From Eledone cirrhosa (Eukaryota): 64,000 nt of DNA. Positions 24,001 through 36,000 of this stretch are shown here, piece by piece. Position 1 is the first letter of the stretch. Each line of letters opens with the position of its first letter. The translations under genes and the position numbers were made by a program. The stretch is taken from NCBI GenBank assembly GCA_964016885.1, contig OZ024764.1, positions 18,290,001 through 18,354,000 of the forward strand, given 5' to 3'. The notes beneath the pieces were generated by a model that saw only the letters and a list, made by a program, of their open reading frames with translations, made no database searches and was not told the DNA's origin.

Positions 24001-27000
24001 TGTGAAGGTCTGTAGGTCTCTGTGTGAAGGTCTGGAGGTTTGTGGGTCTCTGTGAGGGTCTGTAGGTCTCTCTGTGAAGGTCTGGAGGTTTGTGAGGGTC
24101 TGTAGGTCTCTGTGTGAAGGCCTGGAGGTTTGTAGGTCTCTGTGAGGGTCTGTAGATCTCTGTGTGAAGGTCTGGAGGTTTGTGGGTCTCTGTGAGGGTC
24201 TGTAGGTCTCTGTGTGAAGGTCTGGAGGTTTGTCGGTCTCTGTGAGAGTTTGTAGGTCTCTGTGTGAAGGTCTGGAGGTTTGTGGGTCTCTGTGAAGGTC
24301 TGTAGGTCTCTGTGTGTAGGTCTGGAGGTTTGTGGGTCTCTGTGAGGGTCTGTAGGTCTCTGTGTGAAGGTCTGGAAGTTTGTGGGTCTCTGTGAAGGTC
24401 TGTAGGTCTCTGTGTGAAGGTCTGGAGGTTTGTGGGTCTCTGTGAGGGTCTGTAGGTCTCCGTGTGAAGGTCTGGAGGTTTGTGGGTCTCTGTGAGGGTC
24501 TGTAGGTCTCTGTGTGAAGGTCTGGAGGTTTGTGGGTCTCTGTGAGGGTCTGTAGGTCTCTGTGTGAAGGTCTGGAGGTTTGTGGGTCTCTGTGAAGGTC
24601 TGTAGGTCTCTGTGTGAAGGTCTGTGGGTCTGTAGGTCTTTGTGTGAAGGTCTGGAGGTTTGTGGGTCTCTGTGAGGGTCTGTAGGTCTCTGTGTGAAGG
24701 TCTGGAGGTTTGTGGGTCTCTGTGAGGGTCTGTAGGTCTCTGTGTGAAGGTCTGGAGGTTTGTGGGTCTCTGTGAGGGTCTGTAGGTCTCTGTATGAAGG
24801 TCTGGAGGTTTGTGGGTCTCTGTGTGAAGGTCTGGAGGTTTGTGGTCTCTGTGAAGGTCTGTAGGTCTCTGTGTGAAGGTCTGGAGGTTTGTGGGTCTCT
24901 GTGAGGGTCTGTAGGTCTCTGTGTGAAGGTCTGGAGGTTTGTGGGTCTCTGTGAAGGTCTGTAGGTCTCTGTGTGAAGGTCTGGAGGTTTGTGGGTCTCT
25001 GTGAGGGTCTGTAGGTCTCTGTGTGAAGGTCTGGAGGTTTGTGGGTCTCTGTGAAGGTCTGTATGTCTCTGTGTGAAGGTCTGGAGGTTTGTGGGTCTCT
25101 GTGAGGGTCTGTAGGTCTCTGTGTGAAGGTCTGGAGGATTGTGGGTCTCTCTGAGGGTCTGTAGGTCTCTGTGTGAAGGTCTGGAGGTTTGTGGGTCTCT
25201 GTGAGGGTCTGTAGGTCTCTGTGTGAATGTCTGGAGGTTTGTGGGTCTCTGTGAAGGTCTGTAGGTCTCTGTGTGAAGGTCTGGAGGTTTGTGGGTCTCT
25301 GTGAGGGTGTGTAGGTCTCTGTATGAAGGTCTGGAGGTTTGTGGGTCTCTGTGAAGGTCTGTAGGTCTCTGTGTGAAGGTCTGGAGGTTTGTGGGTCTCT
25401 GTGAGGGTCTGTAGGTCTCTGTGTGAAGGTCTGGAGGTTTGTGGGTCTCTGTGAGGGTCTGTAGGTCTCTGTGTGAAGGTCTGGAGGTTTGTGGGTCCCT
25501 GTGAAGGTCTGTAGGTCTCTGTGTGAAGGTCTGGAGGTTTGTGGGTCTCTGTGAGGGTCTGTAGGTCTCTGTGTGACGGTCTGGAGGTTTGTGGGTCTCT
25601 GTGAAGGTCTGTAGGTCTCTGTGTGAAGGTCTGGAGGTTTGTGGGTCTCTGTAGGTCTCTGTGTGAAGGTCTGGAGGTTTGTGGGTCTCTGTGAGGGTCT
25701 GTAGGTCTCTGTGTGAAGGTCTGGAGGTTTGTGGGTCTCTGTGAAGGTCTGTAGGTCTCTGTGTGAAGGTCTGGAGGTTTGTAGGTCTCTGTGTGAAGGT
25801 CTGGAGGTTTGTGGGTCTCTGTGAGGGTCTGTAGCTCTCTGCGTGAAGGTCTGGAGGTTTGTGGGTCTCTGTAAAGGTCTGTAGGTCTCTGTGAGGGTCT
25901 GTAGGTCTCCGTGTGAAGGTCTGGAGGTTTGTGGGTCTCTGTGAGGGTCTGTAGGTCTCTGTGTGAAGGTCTGGAGGTTTGTGGGTGCCTGTGAAGGTCT
26001 GGAGGTTTGTAGGTCTCTGTGTGGGTCTGTATGTCTCCGTGTGAAGGTCTGGAGGTTTGTGGGTCTCTGTGAGGGTCTGTAGGTCTCTGTGTGAAGGTCT
26101 GGAGGTTTGTGGGTCTCTGTGAGAGTTTGTAGGTCTCTGTGTGAAGGTCTGGAGGTTTGTGGGTCTCTGTGAGGGTCTGTAGGTCTCTGTGTGAAGGTCT
26201 AGAGGTTTGTGGGTCTCTGTGAAGGTCTGTAGGTCTCTGTGTGAAGGTCTGGAGGTTTGTGGGTCTGTAGGTCTTTGTGTGAAGGTCTGGAGGTTTGTGG
26301 GCCTCTGTGAGGGTCTGTAGGTCTCTGTGTGAAGGTCTGGAGGTTTGTGGGTCTCTGTGAAGGTCTGTGGGTCTCTGTGTGAAGGTCTGGAGGTTTGTAG
26401 GTCACTGTGAGGGTCTGTAGGTCTCTGTGTGAAGGTCTGGAGGTTTGTGGGTCTCTGTGAGGGTCTGTAGGTCTCTGTGTGAAGATCTGGAGGTTTGTGG
26501 GTCTCTGTGAAGGTCTGTAGGTCTCTGTGTGAAGGTCTGGAGGTTTGTAGGTCTCTGTGAGGGTTTGTAGGTCTCTGTGTGAAGGTCTGGAGGTTTGTAG
26601 GTCTCTGTGAGGGTCTGTAGGTCTCTGTGTGAAGGTCTGGAGGTTTGTGGGTCTCTGTGAAGGTCTGTAGGTCTCTGTGTGAAGGTCTGGAGGTTTGTGG
26701 GTCTCTGTGAGGGTCTGTAGGTCTCTGTGTGAAGGTCTGGAGGTTTGTGGGTCTCTGTGAGGGTCTGTAGGTCTCTGTGTGAAGGTTTGGAGGTTTGTGG
26801 GTCCCTGTGAAGGTCTGTAGGTCTCTGTGTGAAGGTCTGGAGGTTTGTGGGTCTCTGTGTGAAGGTCTGGAGGTTTGTGGGTCTCTGTGAGAGTTTGTAG
26901 GTCTCTGTGTGAAGGTCTGGAGGTTTGTGGGTCTCTGTGAAGGTCTGTAGGTCTCTGTGTGAAGGTCTGGAGGTTTGTGGGTCTCTGTGAGGGTCTGTAG

Positions 27001-30000
27001 GTCTCTGTGTGAAGGTCTGGAGGTTTGTGGGTCTCTGTGAAGGTCTGTAGGTCTCTGTGTGAAGGTCTGGAGGTTTGTGGGTCTCTGTGAGGGTCTGTAG
27101 GTCTCTCTGTGAAGGTCTGGAGGTTTGTGGGTCTCTGTGAGAGTTTGTAGGTCTCTGTGTGAAGGTCTGGAGGTTTGTGGGTCTCTGTGAAGGTCTGTAG
27201 GTCTCTGTGTGTAGGTCTGGAGGTTTGTGGGTCTCTCTGAGGGTCTGTAGGTCTCTGTGTGAAGGTCTGGAAGTTTGTGGGTCTCTGTGAAGGTCTGTAG
27301 GTCTCTGTGTGAAGGTCTGGAGGTTTGTGGGTCTCTGTGAGGGTCTGTAGGTCTCCGTGTGAAGGTCTGGAGGTTTGTGGGTCTCTGTGAGGGTCTGTAG
27401 GTCTCTGTGTGAAGGTCTGGAGGTTTGTGGGTCTCTGTGAGGGTCTGTAGGTCTCTGTGTGAAGGTCTGGAGGTTTGTGGGTCTCTGTGAAGGTCTGTAG
27501 GTCTCTGTGTGAAGGTCTGTGGGTCTGTAGGTCTTTGTGTGAAGGTCTGGAGGTTTGTGGGTCTCTGTGAGGGTCTGTAGGTCTCTGTGTGAAGGTCTGG
27601 AGGTTTGTGGGTCTCTGTGAGGGTCTGTAGGTCTCTGTGTGAAGGTCTGGAGGTTTGTGGGTCTCTGTGAGGGTCTGTAGGTCTCTGTATGAAGGTCTGG
27701 AGGTTTGTGGGTCTCTGTGAGGGTCTGTAGGTCTCTGTGTGAAGGTCTGGAGGATTGTGGGTCTCTGTGAGGGTCTGTAGGTCTCTGTGTGAAGGTCTGG
27801 AGGTTTGTGGGTCTCTGTGAGGGTCTGTAGGTCTCTGTGTGAATGTCTGGAGGTTTGTGGGTCTCTGTGAAGGTCTGTAGGTCTCTGTGTGAAGGTCTGG
27901 AGGTTTGTAGGTCTCTGTGAGGGTCTGTAGGTCTCTGTATGAAGGTCTGGAGGTTTGTGGGTCTCTGTGAAGGTCTGTAGGTCTCTGTGTGAAGGTCTGG
28001 AGGTTTGTGGGTCTCTGTGAGGGTCTGTAGGTCTCTGTGTGAAGGTCTGGAGGTTTGTGGGTCTCTGTGAGGGTCTGTAGGTCTCTGTGTGAAGGTCTGG
28101 AGGTTTGTGGGTCCCTGTGAAGGTCTGTAGGTCTCTGTGTGAAGGTCTGGAGGTTTGTGGGTCTCTGTGTGAAGGTCTGGAGGTTTGTGGGTCTCTGTGA
28201 GGGTCTGTAGGTCTCTGTGTGAAGGTCTGGAGGTTTGTGGGTCCCTGTGAAGGTCTGTAGGTCTCTGTGTGAAGGTCTGGAGGTTTGTAGGTCTCTGTGA
28301 GGGTCTGTAGGTCTCTGTGTGAAGGTCTGGAGGTTTGTGGGTCTCTGTGAGAGTTTGTAGGTCTCTGTGTGAAGGTCTGGAGGTTTGTGGGTCTCTGTGA
28401 GGGTCTGTAGGTCTCTGTGTGAAGGTCTGGAGGTTTGTGGGTCTCTGTGAGGGTCTGTAGGTCTCTGTGTGAAGGTCTGGAGGTTTGTGGGTCTCTGTGA
28501 AGGTCTGTAGGTCTCTGTGTGAAGGTCTGGAGGTTTGTGGGTCTCTGTGAGGGTCTGTAGGTCTCTGTGTGAAGGTTTGGAGGTTTGTGGGTCCCTGTGA
28601 AGGTCTGTAGGTCTCTGTGTGAAGGTCTGGAGGTTTGTGGGTCTCTGTGAGGGTCTGTAGGTCTCTGTGTGAAGGTCTGGAGGTTTGTGGGTCTCTGTGA
28701 AGGTCTGTAGGTCTCTGTGTGAAGGTCTGGAGGTTTGTGGGTCTCTGTGAGGGTCTGTAGGTCTCTGTGAAGGTCTGGAGGTTTGTGGGTCTCTGTGAAG
28801 GTCTGTAGGTCTCTGTGTGAAGGTCTGGAGGTTTGTGGGTCTCTGTGAGGGTCTGTAGGTCTCTGTGTGACGGTCTGGAGGTTTGTGGGTCTCTGTGAAG
28901 GTCTGTACGTCTCTGTGTGAAGGTCTGGAGGTTTGTGGGTCTCTGTAGGTCTCTGTGTGAAGGTCTGGAGGTTTGTGGGTCTCTGTGAGGGTCTGTAGGT
29001 CTCTGTGTGAAGGTCTGGAGGTTTGTGGGTCTCTGTGAAGGTCTGTAGGTCTCTGTGTGAAGGTCTGGAGGTTTGTAGGTCTCTGTGTGAAGGTCTGGAG
29101 GTTTGTGGGTCTCTGTGAGGGTCTGTAGGTCTCTGTGTGAAGGTCTGGAGGTTTGTGGGTCTCTGTAAAGGTCTGTAGGTCTCTGTGGGAAGGTCTGGAG
29201 GTTTGTGGGTCTCTGTGAGGGTCTGTAGGTCTCTGTGTGAAGGTCTGGAGGTTTGTGAGTCTCTGTGAGGGTCTGTAGGTCTCTGTGAAGGTCTGGAGGT
29301 TTGTGGGTCTCTGTGAAGGTCTGTAGGTCTCTGTGTGAAGGTCTGGAGGTTTGTGGGTCTCTGTGAGGGTCTGTAGGTCTCTGTGTGACGGTCTGGAGGT
29401 TTGTGGGTCTCTGTGAAGGTCTGTAGGTCTCTGTGTGAAGGTCTGGAGGTTTGTGGGTCTCTGTAGGTCTCTGTGTGAAGGTCTGGAGGTTTGTGGGTCT
29501 CTGTGAGGGTCTGTAGGTCTCTGTGTGAAGGTCTGGAGGTTTGTGGGTCTCTGTGAAGGTCTGTAGGTCTCTGTGTGAAGGTCTGGAGGTTTGTAGGTCT
29601 CTGTGTGAAGGTCTGGAGGTTTGTGGGTCTCTGTGAGGGTCTGTAGCTCTCTGCGTGAAGGTCTGGAGGTTTGTGGGTCTCTGTAAAGGTCTGTAGGTCT
29701 CTGTGTGAAGGTCTGGAGGTTTGTGGGTCTCTGTGAGGGTCTGTAGGTCTCTGTGTGAAGGTCTGGAGGTTTGTGGGTCTCTGTGAGGGTCTGTAGGTCT
29801 CTGTGTGAAGGTCTGTGGGTCCCTGTGAAGGTCTGTAGGTCTCTGTGTGAAGGTCTGGAGGTTTGTGGGTCTCTGTGTGAAGGTCTGGAGGTTTGTGGGT
29901 CTCTGTGAGAGTTTGTAGGTCTCTGTGTGAAGGTCTGGAGGTTTGTGGGTCTCTGTGAAGGTCTGTAGGTCTCTGTGTGAAGGTCTGGAGGTTTGTGGGT

Positions 30001-33000
30001 CTCTGTGAGGGTCTGTAAGTCTCTGTGTGAAGGTCTGGAGGTTTGTGGGTCTCTGTGAAGGTCTGTAGGTCTCTGTGTGAAGGTCTGGAGGTTTGTGGGT
30101 CTCTGTGAGGGTCTGTAGGTCTCTCTGTGAAGGTCTGGAGGTTTGTGAGGGTCTGTAGGTCTCCGTGTGAAGGCCTGGAGGTTTGTAGGTCTCTGTGAGG
30201 GTCTGTAGGTCTCTGTGTGAAGGTCTGGAGGTTTGTGGGTCTCTGTGAGGGTCTGTAGGTCTCTGTGTGAAGGTCTGGAGGTTTGTGGGTCTCTGTGAGA
30301 GTTTGTAGGTCTCTGTGTGAAGGTCTGGAGGTTTGTGGGTCTCTGTGAAGGTCTGTAGGTCTCTGTGTGTAGGTCTGGAGGTTTGTGGGTCTCTGTGAGG
30401 GTCTGTAGGTCTCTGTGTGAAGGTCTGGAAGTTTGTGGGTCTCTGTGAAGGTCTGTAGGTCTCTGTGTGAAGGTCTGGAGGTTTGTGGGTCTCTGTGAGG
30501 GTCTGTAGGTCTCTGTGTGAAGGTCTGGAGGTTTGTGGGTCTCTGTGAAGGTCTGTAGGTCTCTGTGTGAAGGTCTGGAGGTTTGTGGGTCTCTGTGAGG
30601 GTCTGTAGGTCTCTGTGTGAAGATCTGGAGGTTTGTGGGTCTCTGTGAAGGTCTGTAGGTCTCTGTGTGAAGGTCTGGAGGTTTGTAGGTCTCTGTGAGG
30701 GTTTGTAGGTCTCTGTGTGAAGGTCTGGAGGTTTGTAGGTCTCTGTGAGGGTCTGTAGGTCTCTGTGTGAAGGTCTGGAGGTTTGTGGGTCTCTGTGAAG
30801 GTCTGTAGGTCTCTGTGTGAAGGTCTGGAGGTTTGTGGGTCTCTGTGAGGGTCTGTAGGTCTCTGTGTGAAGGTCTGGAGGTTTGTGGGTCTCTGTGAGG
30901 GTCTGTAGGTCTCTGTGTGAAGGTTTGGAGGTTTGTTGGTCCCTGTGAAGGTCTGTAGGTCTCTGTGTGAAGGTCTGGAGGTTTGTGGGTCTCTGTGTGA
31001 AGGTCTGGAGGTTTGTGGGTTTCTGTGAGAGTTTGTAGGTCTCTGTGTGAAGGTCTGGAGGTTTGTGGGTCTCTGTGAAGGTCTGTAGGTCTCTGTGTGA
31101 AGGTCTGGAGGTTTGTGGGTCTCTGTGAGGGTCTGTAGGTCTCTGTGTGAAGGTCTGGAGGTTTGTGGGTCTCTGTGAAGGTCTGTAGGTCTCTGTGTGA
31201 AGGTCTGGAGGTTTGTGGGTCTCTGTGAGGGTCTGTAGGTCTCTCTGTGAAGGTCTGGAGGTTTGTGAGGGTCTGTAGGTCTCTGTGTGAAGGCCTGGAG
31301 GTTTGTAGGTCTCTGTGAGGGTCTGTAGATCTCTGTGTGAAGGTCTGGAGGTTTGTGGGTCTCTGTGAGGGTCTGTAGGTCTCTGTGTGAAGGTCTGGAG
31401 GTTTGTGGGTCTCTGTGAGAGTTTGTAGGTCTCTGTGTGAAGGTCTGGAGGTTTGTGGGTCTCTGTGAAGGTCTGTAGGTCTCTGTGTGTAGGTCTGGAG
31501 GTTTGTGGGTCTCTGTGAGGGTCTGTAGGTCTCTGTGTGAAGGTCTGGAAGTTTGTGGGTCTCTGTGAAGGTCTGTAGGTCTCTGTGTGAAGGTCTGGAG
31601 GTTTGTGGGTCTCTGTGAGGGTCTGTAGGTCTCCGTGTGAAGGTCTGGAGGTTTGTGGGTCTCTGTGAGGGTCTGTAGGTCTCTGTGTGAAGGTCTGGAG
31701 GTTTGTGGGTCTCTGTGAGGGTCTGTAGGTCTCTGTGTGAAGGTCTGGAGGTTTGTGGGTCTCTGTGAAGGTCTGTAGGTCTCTGTGTGAAGGTCTGTGG
31801 GTCTGTAGGTCTTTGTGTGAAGGTCTGGAGGTTTGTGGGTCTCTGTGAGGGTCTGTAGGTCTCTGTGTGAAGGTCTGGAGGTTTGTGGGTCTCTGTGAGG
31901 GTCTGTAGGTCTCTGTGTGAAGGTCTGGAGGTTTGTGGGTCTCTGTGAGGGTCTGTAGGTCTCTGTATGAAGGTCTGGAGGTTTGTGGGTCTCTGTGTGA
32001 AGGTCTGGAGGTTTGTGGTCTCTGTGAAGGTCTGTAGGTCTCTGTGTGAAGGTCTGGAGGTTTGTGGGTCTCTGTGAGGGTCTGTAGGTCTCTGTGTGAA
32101 GGTCTGGAGGTTTGTGGGTCTCTGTGAAGGTCTGTAGGTCTCTGTGTGAAGGTCTGGAGGTTTGTGGGTCTCTGTGAGGGTCTGTAGGTCTCTGTGTGAA
32201 GGTCTGGAGGTTTGTGGGTCTCTGTGAAGGTCTGTATGTCTCTGTGTGAAGGTCTGGAGGTTTGTGGGTCTCTGTGAGGGTCTGTAGGTCTCTGTGTGAA
32301 GGTCTGGAGGATTGTGGGTCTCTCTGAGGGTCTGTAGGTCTCTGTGTGAAGGTCTGGAGGTTTGTGGGTCTCTGTGAGGGTCTGTAGGTCTCTGTGTGAA
32401 TGTCTGGAGGTTTGTGGGTCTCTGTGAAGGTCTGTAGGTCTCTGTGTGAAGGTCTGGAGGTTTGTGGGTCTCTGTGAGGGTGTGTAGGTCTCTGTATGAA
32501 GGTCTGGAGGTTTGTGGGTCTCTGTGAAGGTCTGTAGGTCTCTGTGTGAAGGTCTGGAGGTTTGTGGGTCTCTGTGAGGGTCTGTAGGTCTCTGTGTGAA
32601 GGTCTGGAGGTTTGTGGGTCTCTGTGAGGGTCTGTAGGTCTCTGTGTGAAGGTCTGGAGGTTTGTGGGTCCCTGTGAAGGTCTGTAGGTCTCTGTGTGAA
32701 GGTCTGGAGGTTTGTGGGTCTCTGTGAGGGTCTGTAGGTCTCTGTGTGACGGTCTGGAGGTTTGTGGGTCTCTGTGAAGGTCTGTAGGTCTCTGTGTGAA
32801 GGTCTGGAGGTTTGTGGGTCTCTGTAGGTCTCTGTGTGAAGGTCTGGAGGTTTGTGGGTCTCTGTGAGGGTCTGTAGGTCTCTGTGTGAAGGTCTGGAGG
32901 TTTGTGGGTCTCTGTGAAGGTGTGTAGGTCTCTGTGTGAAGGTCTGGAGGTTTGTAGGTCTCTGTGTGAAGGTCTGGAGGTTTGTGGGTCTCTGTGAGGG

Positions 33001-36000
33001 TCTGTAGCTCTCTGCGTGAAGGTCTGGAGGTTTGTGGGTCTCTGTAAAGGTCTGTAGGTCTCTGTGTGAAGGTCTGGAGGTTTGTGGGTCTCTGTGAGGG
33101 TCTGTAGGTCTCTCTGTGAAGGTCTGGAGGTTTGTGGGTCTCTGTGAGGGTCTGTAGGTCTCTGTGTGAAGGTCTGTGGGTCCCTGTGAAGGTCTGTAGG
33201 TCTCTGTGTGAAGGTCTGGAGGTTTGTGGGTCTCTGTGTGAAGGTCTGGAGGTTTGTGGGTCTCTGTGAGAGTTTGTAGGTCTCTGTGTGAAGGTCTGGA
33301 GGTTTGTGGGTCTCTGTGAAGGTCTGTAGGTCTCTGTGTGAAGGTCTGGAGGTTTGTGGGTCTCTGTGAGGGTCTGTAAGTCTCTGTGTGAAGGTCTGGA
33401 GGTTTGTGGGTCTCTGTGAAGGTCTGTAGGTCTCTGTGTGAAGGTCTGGAGGTTTGTGGGTCTCTGTGAGGGTCTGTAGGTCTCTCTGTGAAGGTCTGGA
33501 GGTTTGTGAGGGTTTGTAGGTCTCCGTGTGAAGGCCTGGAGGTTTGTAGGTCTCTGTGAGGGTCTGTAGGTCTCTGTGTGAAGGTCTGGAGGTTTGTGGG
33601 TCTCTGTGAGGGTCTGTAGGTCTCTGTGTGAAGGTCTGGAGGTTTGTGGGTCTCTGTGAGAGTTTGTAGGTCTCTGTGTGAAGGTCTGGAGGTTTGTGGG
33701 TCTCTGTGAAGGTCTGTAGGTCTCTGTGTGTAGGTCTGGAGGTTTGTGGGTCTCTGTGAGGGTCTGTAGGTCTCTGTGTGAAGGTCTGGAAGTTTGTGGG
33801 TCTCTGTGAAGGTCTGTAGGTCTCTGTGTGAAGGTCTGGAGGTTTGTGGGTCTCTGTGAGGGTCTGTAGGTCTCTGTGTGAAGGTCTGGAGGTTTGTGGG
33901 TCTCTGTGAAGGTCTGTAGGTCTCTGTGTGAAGGTCTGGAGGTTTGTGGGTCTCTGTGAGGGTCTGTAGGTCTCTGTGTGAAGATCTGGAGGTTTGTGGG
34001 TCTCTGTGAAGGTCTGTAGGTCTCTGTGTGAAGGTCTGGAGGTTTGTAGGTCTCTGTGAGGGTTTGTAGGTCTCTGTGTGAAGGTCTGGAGGTTTGTAGG
34101 TCTCTGTGAGGGTCTGTAGGTCTCTGTGTGAAGGTCTGGAGGTTTGTGGGTCTCTGTGAAGGTCTGTAGGTCTCTGTGTGAAGGTCTGGAGGTTTGTGGG
34201 TCTCTGTGAGGGTCTGTAGGTCTCTGTGTGAAGGTCTGGAGGTTTGTGGGTCTCTGTGAGGGTCTGTAGGTCTCTGTGTGAAGGTTTGGAGGTTTGTGGG
34301 TCCCTGTGAAGGTCTGTAGGTCTCTGTGTGAAGGTCTGGAGGTTTGTGGGTCTCTGTGTGAAGGTCTGGAGGTTTGTGGGTTTCTGTGAGAGTTTGTAGG
34401 TCTCTGTGTGAAGGTCTGGAGGTTTGTGGGTCTCTGTGAAGGTCTGTAGGTCTCTGTGTGAAGGTCTGGAGGTTTGTGGGTCTCTGTGAGGGTCTGTAGG
34501 TCTCTGTGTGAAGGTCTGGAGGTTTGTGGGTCTCTGTGAAGGTCTGTAGGTCTCTGTGTGAAGGTCTGGAGGTTTGTGGGTCTCTGTGAGGGTCTGTAGG
34601 TCTCTCTGTGAAGGTCTGGAGGTTTGTGAGGGTCTGTAGGTCTCTGTGTGAAGGCCTGGAGGTTTGTAGGTCTCTGTGAGGGTCTGTAGATCTCTGTGTG
34701 AAGGTCTGGAGGTTTGTGGGTCTCTGTGAGGGTCTGTAGGTCTCTGTGTGAAGGTCTGGAGGTTTGTGAGTCTCTGTGAGAGTTTGTAGGTCTCTGTGTG
34801 AAGGTCTGGAGGTTTGTGGGTCTCTGTGAAGGTCTGTAGGTCTCTGTGTGTAGGTCTGGAGGTTTGTGGGTCTCTGTGAGGGTCTGTAGGTCTCTGTGTG
34901 AAGGTCTGGAAGTTTGTGGGTCTCTGTGAAGGTCTGTAGGTCTCTGTGTGAAGGTCTGGAGGTTTGTGGGTCTCTGTGAGGGTCTGTAGGTCTCTGTGTG
35001 AAGGTCTGGAGGTTTGTGGGTCTCTGTGAGGGTCTGTAGGTCTCTGTGTGAAGGTCTGGAGGTTTGTGGGTCTCTGTGAAGGTCTGTAGGTCTCTGTGTG
35101 AAGGTCTGTGGGTCTGTAGGTCTTTGTGTGAAGGTCTGGAGGTTTGTGGGTCTCTGTGAGGGTCTGTAGGTCTCTGTGTGAAGGTCTGGAGGTTTGTGGG
35201 TCTCTGTGAGGGTCTGTAGGTCTCTGTGTGAAGGTCTGGAGGTTTGTGGGTCTCTGTGAGGGTCTGTAGGTCTCTGTATGAAGGTCTGGAGGTTTGTGGG
35301 TCTCTGTGTGAAGGTCTGGAGGTTTGTGGTCTCTGTGAAGGTCTGTAGGTCTCTGTGTGAAGGTCTGGAGGTTTGTGGGTCTCTGTGAGGGTCTGTAGGT
35401 CTCTGTGTGAAGGTCTGGAGGTTTGTGGGTCTCTGTGAAGGTCTGTAGGTCTCTGTGTGAAGGTCTGGAGGTTTGTGGGTCTCTGTGAGGGTCTGTAGGT
35501 CTCTGTGTGAAGGTCTGGAGGTTTGTGGGTCTCTGTGAAGGTCTGTATGTCTCTGTGTGAAGGTCTGGAGGTTTGTGGGTCTCTGTGAGGGTCTGTAGGT
35601 CTCTGTGTGAAGGTCTGGAGGATTGTGGGTCTCTCTGAGGGTCTGTAGGTCTCTGTGTGAAGGTCTGGAGGTTTGTGGGTCTCTGTGAGGGTCTGTAGGT
35701 CTCTGTGTGAATGTCTGGAGGTTTGTGGGTCTCTGTGAAGGTCTGTAGGTCTCTGTGTGAAGGTCTGGAGGTTTGTAGGTCTCTGTGAGGGTGTGTAGGT
35801 CTCTGTATGAAGGTCTGGAGGTTTGTGGGTCTCTGTGAAGGTCTGTAGGTCTCTGTGTGAAGGTCTGGAGGTTTGTGGGTCTCTGTGAGGGTCTGTAGGT
35901 CTCTGTGTGAAGGTCTGGAGGTTTGTGGGTCTCTGTGAGGGTCTGTAGGTCTCTGTGTGAAGGTCTGGAGGTTTGTGGGTCTCTGTGAGAGTTTGTAGGT

